Shown here in pieces: positions 55,420 to 64,000 of a stretch of DNA of 64,000 bases. The stretch comes from Octopus vulgaris. Taxonomy: Eukaryota. Both the position numbers and the translations under genes were made by a program. The DNA is taken from contig OX597818.1 in the NCBI GenBank assembly GCA_951406725.2, forward strand, positions 70,990,001 through 71,054,000. Direction: 5' to 3'. The notes below the pieces were generated by a model that worked only from the letters and a program-made list of their open reading frames with translations, was not told where the DNA came from and made no database searches. Every line of letters starts with the position of its first letter. The stretch's first letter is position 1.

Positions 55420-58080
55420 CTTTTAATCTGCATGTTTGTTACAATCACTCACCAAGACACACCCAGCATCCTAGGGGCAAGTGAAGGGTAAGAGATGTTA
55501 TAGTATAAATGTAAGTTTGCGGAGGGGAAGTGGCAGGGGCAGTAGTGGAATATCTTCATGTAATACAACACAGACATTTAAGTCACTGGTATGGCTAAAG
55601 TATTGATCGCTTCAATCTTGTTTCTTGCATTCAGCTGTCTTGAGTATTGCCCTTACCCTGTGATAGCATTCTTTTTTTACCCTTTCCTCATCATTGAATG
55701 TTTAATTCCATCACCTTCAAATACCCCTAGATATTTGTATCTCTCTGCTTGTTCTAATTCCTTTATGACATTCTGTTGGTCAAGATTAACGTTGGGTGTT
55801 TCTGTCATTTTCCCTTTGATAAAGATAGCTTTTGCACATTTATCGAGGCCAAATTGCATCCTGATGTCATCACAGAATTGTTTAACAATTGCTAGTAAGC
55901 CCTGTAGCTGTTGGTCAATTTTTGCAAAGAGCTTTAAATCATCCATCTAAAAAAGATGATTTAGATTTTTATCAAACATCTTTTAGCCATATTGTACATC
56001 ATTGAGCATTCGAGAGAGGTATTAAGGCTAGTCTCAAGAGAAGTAATGATAGAGAGTCACCCTGGAAAATGCCACATGAAATTATTACATCGCCAGCATT
56101 GAGAGATTCATTGCCACTGTTCAAAGTCTGAGTGGTTCTCCAAGATCTCATACTTACAGACAAGAAGTTTCGCAGAATAGATGCTATTTTATAAATTTCC
56201 AGACATTTCTTAATCCAGTTTTGTGGTAGACTATCAAAAGCTTTTTTTATAGTCTATCCAAGCTATCAACAAGTTCTTGTGTCATTTGTGATAATCTTCC
56301 AAGATCATCTTATTGATGAGTAGCTGATCTTTACAACCATAGGACCCACGTTTACATCCTTTTTGCTCATTAGGGAATATAACACTTTCTTTTAAAAAAG
56401 CTATAGGTGTATTCAGTCAAGACAGATGTTAGTATTTTATAGATTGTTGTTAAGCAGGTTATGGGTCTATCATTTTTGGGTTCATTTGTTTCTTCATTTT
56501 TTGGAAGTAGGAATGTAATGCCATTAACTTGCTGAGAAGGAATCGTATTAGGTTGCTGCAAAACATTGTTGTAAAGTTCTGTTAGCAGTTCATGACTCTC
56601 TGACAAGGCATTCAACCAGAATTTAGGAATTTTATCCTTTCCTGGAGACTTCCATTTGCTTGACTTCTTGAGAGCAGATCTTACATTTTCTACATTGATA
56701 CCGTCCCACTTTTGCTCTTCTAAGGAGTCTAAGTCAGTAGATATTCTAAGAATCCAAGGGATGCTTTTATTGTGTATCTTTTCTTCTGCCCAGATTTTAT
56801 TCCAAGATTCTTGCACTTCTTCTTTTGATGGGACAGACTTTACTGTAACTGGGATTTTCCTTATCTTTCCGTTAAAGATTTCTTGGGTTATTTTTGAACA
56901 TGTTGTTGTCCTTGAAGAATCTAACCTGCTTTTCATACCATGCTATGGGGGCAGCTTTAGTAGATACCTTTATAGTTTCTATGGTGATATCGATGTCAAG
57001 GATGGTTTTCATGTATACTTTTTCTTTAATTTTCAGATTTTTGTTGGTTTTGATATTCTTGTCAAACTTAATGTTTTTAAACATTCTATGTCAGACCTAA
57101 GTAACTGAATGTGGTGTTGAATACATTCTTGCCAAATAGGCTTTTTGTGAGAATGTTGTTCTTCTAATCTTTTCGCCACTTAGAGATCTTTGCAGATGCA
57201 TAGTACAGGTGATTGAAATTGGCAACATCAACATCATTAGCTGAAATTATATCCTTAAGTGCAAGGTGGATTTTACCAATTACTTTCAGTTTTTGGAAGA
57301 GTGTCATGTTCATTCATACTGATTTCTTTAATCTTCCACCATTCAATCATGTCCAGTTAGGTCAAATTCTGTGTGATTTTCTTCATCAATTTGATTTTCA
57401 TCTGCCTCGGTGTTTATCGTTGGTTTCATTCTGCTTATCAGTTACATTCACTCTTTCTATCATTACTGCATTTTTATCAGATCTGGGTTGGTCTATAATT
57501 ATTTCCTCTGTAGTATCTTCTTTAGCTGCAACTTCGTTCCTTTTATCTCTTACTGATTGTTTAATTTGGTCAATCTCTAATTCAGTTAGTAATTTCTTTT
57601 TCTTAATGTTTCTTCTGAAGTTGGCAAGTTTGTTACTGTCTATGTAGGATCTTACTTCAAGGTTCTTCTCTCTCCAGTTTAGGGAGGTTTGTTCAGTATT
57701 AGATTTATTTGTGGGGAAATACGTGGCACAATAGAAGGCACTAAGAACTTCTTTATTATCTCCCCTTGACCATCTTTCATTCTTTTTCCTTTGGTTGTCT
57801 GATGATGAGTGTGGATGGCCATCTGTTGGAATATTCCAGTTGTGGGGTACTTCCAGCTTCTGTGTTTCAGGAAGATTTGAGCCAGTAGCTGATTTTTGCA
57901 CCCTGTCTGGTTCCTCACTGGGGTGTGCAACCCTTGTTGATTCAGGCAACGGCAGATCTAGTGTGTATTTTGCTGTTATTATTGAGGCATGACGAGCTTG
58001 GATGTTGACATTAGGGGACAGATCTGTCTGTTTAAGGTTAACTTTTTGAGACAACACCGCCTCCAAGTTCTCTGAATGAA
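55420..58080 (-). mobile_element. R4/Dong-like LINE remnant (N-terminus + RT)
   Basis: WKSPGKDKI..FWL, RPITCLTTIYKILT, MDDLKLFAK, DIRMQFGLDKCA, YKYLG; many stops. Confidence 0.9.
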
Positions 58081-58731
58081 AATATTGCTTGTAACATAGC
58101 TTCTTGAGGCTAACAGATCTGTATTCGTCTGTATTTTTGTTGTTGACAGATTTATTGTTATTTCTACTATTGTTATAGTTGTTAATATTATTACACTTGC
58201 CATAATTATGTTTACCAGGGTTATAAAGCTATTATCAAGCATGGCTTGGTTATAATAAGAGTTATGGTTATTAAATATAGCTTCATAAGTGGCTAAGATA
58301 GAAAATTCCAATAAAAATATTATTATTACACTATGCAGTACAGATCTAGAATGGTTAGATCACATATTGATGTATTTGAGATATTTGTTAGCTCTACAGA
58401 AAGAATGAATATCAAGCCGGATTTAAATTTGAAGAGACATCAAGAAAGGTCGCAATTTTATGGCTATTGGGGATTGTTATAGATAAATTAAAGTCAACAA
58501 AAAACTTAAGTAAATCTTTCCTAGTATGTTTCAAATCAGAGTTAGACAGTTCTAGGACAACATGAAGGGCATCATCCTGATAAAGACTACCTTTAATATT
58601 TGGAAATCTGTATCTATTGTACACCTTTCAACATACCCATTAAATACATACATACACACACACACACACACATATACATACGGGCACACATATACATAAA
58701 TAGAGATATATATTAATACACACACACACAC

Positions 58732-58795
<64 letters not shown>

Positions 58796-59095
58796 TAGAC
58801 AGAATGAGATAAGAAATCCAAGGCTGTGAGGAGTTTTCAGGACATTTATAATGAAACAGTCTTACAGCTGTTTCTAGGATATTATGGATATCCCTTCATC
58901 AGAGACGGTGAGAAAAAATATTTGAGTTTGAATTATTGTGGAAAAGATGGGGAATATAGAGGGAAATAAGAGAATGAAAGTAGAAATAAAATACATAATG
59001 ATATTGTAGTTGCATCTCCACTATTCAAGGAAAATGGTGTATAAAAGTGGTAAAAAAGTTTGTTGTACATGGTGTGTGAGTTCCAATAGCAGTTA
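58080..59095 (-). mobile_element. Penelope-like element remnant: terminal repeat with hammerhead motif, RT fragment
   Basis: SLYQDDAL...RKDLLKFF..FNLSIT...TFLDV (GLYRDD/FLDV-type PLE RT) at 58412-58624; hammerhead motif upstream on the same strand. Confidence 0.7.
58857..58908 (-). ncRNA. Minimal type-I hammerhead ribozyme motif (Penelope-associated)
   Basis: Minus strand: CCGUCU-CUGAUGA-A-GGGAUAU-CCAUA-AUAUCCU-A-GAAA-CAGCUG-UA-AGACUG. Intact core boxes, 7-bp stem II, palindromic minimal stem III, GUA cleavage triplet, GUCU/AGAC stem I. Confidence 0.75.
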
Positions 59096-59154
59096 ATATT
59101 TAGTGATTTCAAAGCATGGAGCAGTGGAATCAGTGTTGCTCATTCGAAAAGGAT

Positions 59155-59214
59155 TTGTTGTGTGTGTGTGTGTGTGTGTATACATATAAACATACATATA
59201 ACTTACATATATAC

Positions 59215-59293
<79 letters not shown>

Positions 59294-59300
59294 TATACAC

Positions 59301-59395
<95 letters not shown>
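59155..59395. repeat. (TG)n/(TA)n microsatellite
   Basis: Directly visible; similar tracts at 60050-60335 and 61100-61265. Confidence 0.95.
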
Positions 59396-59398
<3 letters not shown>

Positions 59399-59523
59399 AT
59401 AATAACGATTTTTATTACAGCATATTCCTAACTCCTTACTAATCAGAAATGCTGCACCAATTTTTTTTTTGATCTTTTAAGCCAATTTATTAGTGCTTTT
59501 TTTCTGCCACGTTTTTCTGCCAG

Positions 59524-59675
59524 GTGCTGACTCTTATACAGATTCTGATAGCACTATGGAGAAAAAGAAAGATGTAAAATCAGAATCACCAACACTGATG
59601 GGACAATGGCGCCAGGACTACAACAAAGACCTTTACCGTTATTCAGATAACTTCGATGAAGTTTATAATTCCAAG
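59524..59675 (+). CDS. KIRREL: Kirre/Neph-like gene exon: cytoplasmic tail (partial)
   Basis: tttttctgccag acceptor, AAG|gtacgc donor. Phase 1 start matches the TM exon. Reads GADSYTDSDSTMEKKKDVKSESPTLMGQWRQDYNKDLYRYSDNFDEVYNSK, open and non-repetitive amid microsatellites. Confidence 0.8.
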
Positions 59676-60048
59676 GTACGCTTTTCTCAACATTACCACA
59701 CCTATCTGGTATGACACAGTTTTTGGGCAGCTCTCTTTGAAACAAAAAATAACAAAAAAAAATCCAAAACCACAGAAGCTTTATACTAATCCTTTAATAT
59801 CAAAAACTAACAAGAATTAGGCTGCATTTTCCTGGCTGTCTGTCTTAATGCTGCCCCTCTTTTTTTTGTTGACGATAGAAAAGGAACAAAGCTCCCCCTG
59901 CACCCCCAGAAAAACAACAATAATAATACTAATAAATGAATAAATAAAAACTATTACTAAAACATGCATGCATGCTTGATTGCATGTCCTGAAGTTCAGG
60001 TGCATTGTATCTCTTCATAAAATTATAAATGCTTGCATTTGTCTAAAC

Positions 60049-60133
<85 letters not shown>

Positions 60134-60158
60134 ATATATATATGTATATTTATATATA

Positions 60159-60206
<48 letters not shown>

Positions 60207-60207
60207 C

Positions 60208-60256
<49 letters not shown>

Positions 60257-61101
60257 GTATATTATATATGTATATATTATATAATTTTATATGTGTGTGT
60301 GTGTGTGCATGCGTGCGTGTGTGCATATGTATATAATGTAAATATTAAAAGACTAAGAGAGAGAGAGAGAGTAAAAGGAAACAAAAAAAAAAAACAATAT
60401 CAAGATGACCGTTATTTTCAAGGCTTTGGTTTATTAACTCTGCTTCCTGTAAGATCAACCACAAATATTAAGAAAACATAGTTCTCTAACAGTTTGGTTT
60501 AGTGATGTCAATATGGAGACAAAATATTCATGTCAAAAGCAAATACCTGCATGTAAGCATGTAATAATTGTATTTATTATGATTTATAAAGAAATGTGAA
60601 AGAATAAATCAAACAAAAAAAAAGGGTAGTAAAATGAAAAAGAGAACAAAACTGGTTTGTTTAATAACACCGTTTTTCAAGAAGAAAAATGTAGTTTTGT
60701 ATTTATTTATTTAATTATTTATTTATTTTTTGGCTTTTGATAACCTGGTTATTGTTGGTTCCCTTCCCCAGTTACTACCATCTTCAAAAAATATTAAAAT
60801 TTTCTTTTGCTATGTGCAAGTGTATAATACATTTTTAAAAAGAGTAAATTTTTTAAAAATTACCAGAGAACTGTCCCAAACTTATATTTTTAAAACCAGT
60901 ATTACATTGTGCCAAGGTCTTGACCAACAACTAAAAGGACAGCTTCATCTCATAAACATGGCAAAGTACATATTTTTTAGAAACTGGAATTTTTTAGGGA
61001 CTTATTTTATTTTTTATTGAAGTTTTTTAATGTTTTGCATTTATTTCATTAATGTACAAGCTTTACTTTTTATAACAATCCTGTGTATACAAATATATGC
61101 A

Positions 61102-61153
<52 letters not shown>

Positions 61154-62757
61154 TGTGTGTAAGTGTGTGTATACTTATGTATATATATATATATATGTGT
61201 ATATATATATATGTGTGTGCATGCATATATATATATATATATATTTATGCACACACACACATACAAACACATGAGCAGAGACTTTTTTCAAAATTATTCA
61301 ACAGACTTCACCATAGCAGTTCTATAGCTACCCACTTTGTCGCATTTTTATATACTTCTGCAAATTCAAATTCTTTAGACTATCATTAAAATTAGTTGAT
61401 ATGACTTCTGGTGCTTCAAATTCATTCTCTACAAATCAGCCTTCTTCAGTTTTAATTAGTATACTTATATTTTCTGGTATTATGTTATCTTTTTACATAC
61501 TATAGATGTAAGTAGATACTAGGTTTTTATTGCAGCATTTAACATATGAAGCATTGTTTCTTCCCTTGAGAAAATAAATTTCCCAGAAAACCAGGGAAAA
61601 TATTCTCCAGGTAGTTAAAACAAGGCAAACAGATAACTTGTAGGTTATAGCTCTTTATTCAAATGATAGATTAAAGACATTTCTACCAAGGCAAAGAAAA
61701 TTTCCCAAAATTTTGGCTAAAATTATCTCCGGAGAGCTAAACCAAGGCAAATTGAGGGCTAAATTTCTTAACACAAGATGTCAGCAACAACCTATGAACT
61801 TGGGACCAAAGGGATAAGAGTTCAAAACTTTATCTAGTCTAATACCTTTATTTTTACAGAATCCTTAAAATAACTGAATTATGGGAAGATAGTGCCCCAA
61901 TGATGGAATACACAATCTCTCATGCTCACTTCATGTAGACAGAGTAATTTTAACAATTATTAGATGTTCTACATATAACAACAATGATACACAGTCCATA
62001 TACTGCCAATGTTTTGAAATGTCATTAAAATGTCCAATCTTAGAGCGACATAGTAGTAGAAAGTTGTTGGTGATTATAGTAAGATTATTGTTCCTAATTA
62101 ATTTGGTATACAGCAGATTTAACAGTGCATAGTTCAGGCATTGTCAGAGTCAGCCTAACACTTCTTTCCTCAAAGAAAAAGTAGAATTGAATTTTTTTTA
62201 AATGCACTGTATTAGTAAAATTTAGTTATGGAAGAGATATGGAATTGACAATATCATTGACCCTCATTTCTGTGTTAGATATAGGTCACTTTATGTCCGC
62301 AAATTGTGCAATTTTACTAAGTATCAAAATAACATTTGTTTTCTTATGTTTTTCTTATATGTATTTTGACAATGTCATCATTATTTTATAAGCTCATTAT
62401 GGTTGTTTATATCAAGTAGTTAATCTGCCTATGCACAAAAATTATTAAGAGTTAGAGGAAAAAATATTGACCCCCCCCCCCCATCTACTATGTTTGTTTG
62501 GGCTACAGTTCTCTTGTACATAATACACATACAGTTATATTTAGAGCAAGGAGGTTTAATTTATAGTTAATCACAATGACTTTGCTTTCCATTATATCCA
62601 AAGATAACTCTTTAATCCAGTATCATATGATATCCAACTAATAACTTTGTTTTACAATCAATACATGCATTCAGGCTAAAAATGGTGGAGTCTGTGAGTT
62701 GGCTCAGATGCTTGAAAGAAGCATTCAGTGATTGTTACTATTATTCCTGCTTTTTTA

Positions 62758-62818
<61 letters not shown>

Positions 62819-62861
62819 GCTTTTTGTATTATCATTATTATAATTATTATTATTGCTTTTT

Positions 62862-62913
<52 letters not shown>
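62758..62913. repeat. (ATT)n microsatellite
   Basis: Directly visible. Confidence 0.95.
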
Positions 62914-62914
<1 letters not shown>

Positions 62915-64000
62915 TAACAAAATAAATATTTTGCAAAGAGAATCACATTTTTCAGAGCTTCTAAAAGCATAGATAAAATATCCATTCATTCCCCACTAAA
63001 CCCTCTTGTGTTTATATATCTTAATCTGTAGGGTGCTAGAAGTGAAATATTGTATTTAAACATTTAAACAAGTGCAGGTAAAAACCTTGAAAAGCATAGC
63101 TTCAATATTTAAGCTTTAATTATAATCAGATGAAAGCAATTTTAGAAGTTCTGTGCAATTTTCACTCAGCCACATGCAAGTAAGACTTAAAATAACAAAT
63201 AGTTTTAATGGATACAAAAATATGCTTCAGCTTTGTTATTTTACAAGCAGAAATTGTAAAAGGCATCAATATAATATATATGTTGCAAGTATAAGCTCAT
63301 ATGTTGCAAAGAGGAAGGACATTTTAGTACAGGATAGATATTCAAAACTGATTGCCTGAAATAATTTTTTTTTAAACCACACAACTTCCTCTAAATTATT
63401 AATATGGCTAATATTATTTGAAATGTATCTTCCATGCTAAAAATTAATACTATTACACTTCAACTAACTTCCTGTTTCTAGTTGTGTTGTTTATATACAC
63501 CTAGCTAAGGCTGGATTCCTAGTTGCACATTTCTTACTTCAAGCTCTTAACTGTAGTATCATTACACTAGATACTTTACTTTATATACTTAGCTTAATGT
63601 TTTGCTCTTATGTCTACCTTTTTGCTATACTGCCTAATGCCATGTCCTCAGAAGTGTTGCTCCTACTGCTATGTTGTCAGCACTACTGACACCAAACTAA
63701 AATCTCCTTAGGTGTACCATTACTGTATTATATTCTTCTTGACTTTTTTTCACTATATGATATAAATATCTCTTAATCCTTAAACGCCTTGAGGACTTTC
63801 AAGGTACAATCTTAGCTCTGGTTTTATAACATGATCCAGATGGAAAATTAAGTTCACCTTAATGCCTACTCTTTCTATAGGATAGTGGTTTATCATAAAA
63901 AAAAAAAAACTTCTCACGACACTTGGTGCAAACTCCCTGAAATACAGATGAATTAAAACAGTACAAAATAACATGTTATATTCCAGAGACACAACGAAAG

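Noticed and set aside
59648-59670. Nck SH2 motif (YDEV) as in nephrin
   Set aside because: The sequence encodes FDEV (TTC), and A-to-I editing cannot convert it to Tyr.
61851-61900. Candidate next exon after a tttttacag acceptor
   Set aside because: The required phase-0 frame hits a stop after two codons (AAT CCT TAA); no supporting evidence.

Overview
AT-rich eukaryotic genomic DNA, dense in microsatellites and transposons. The repeat families strongly suggest an octopus/coleoid cephalopod (inference). The only host gene found is on the + strand: six phase-compatible GT-AG exons (6060-6168, 21914-22065, 32195-32449, 33772-34068, 36376-36486, 59524-59675). They encode three Ig domains, a transmembrane helix and the start of a Tyr-rich cytoplasmic tail of a Kirre/Neph/Roughest (KIRREL)-family adhesion receptor; the 5' and 3' exons appear to lie outside the window. 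Introns hold decayed RTE, R4/Dong-like, Tx1/L1-like and CR1-like LINEs, Penelope-like remnants, tRNA-derived SINEs, two Tc1/mariner (maT-like) fossils and a Helitron-like element. Most ORFs in the supplied track are microsatellite or transposon noise. Most notable: (1) a minimal type-I hammerhead ribozyme motif in a Penelope-like terminal repeat (58857-58908); (2) a second copy of that repeat folded into a hairpin whose inversion breakpoint falls on the predicted cleavage site (about 10260); (3) a near-perfect ~395-bp inverted duplication 300 nt downstream of an exon; (4) several other long hairpins that would make the pre-mRNA rich in dsRNA; (5) a SINE and a LINE sharing a 3' tail. All calls are by eye; TE boundaries are approximate.
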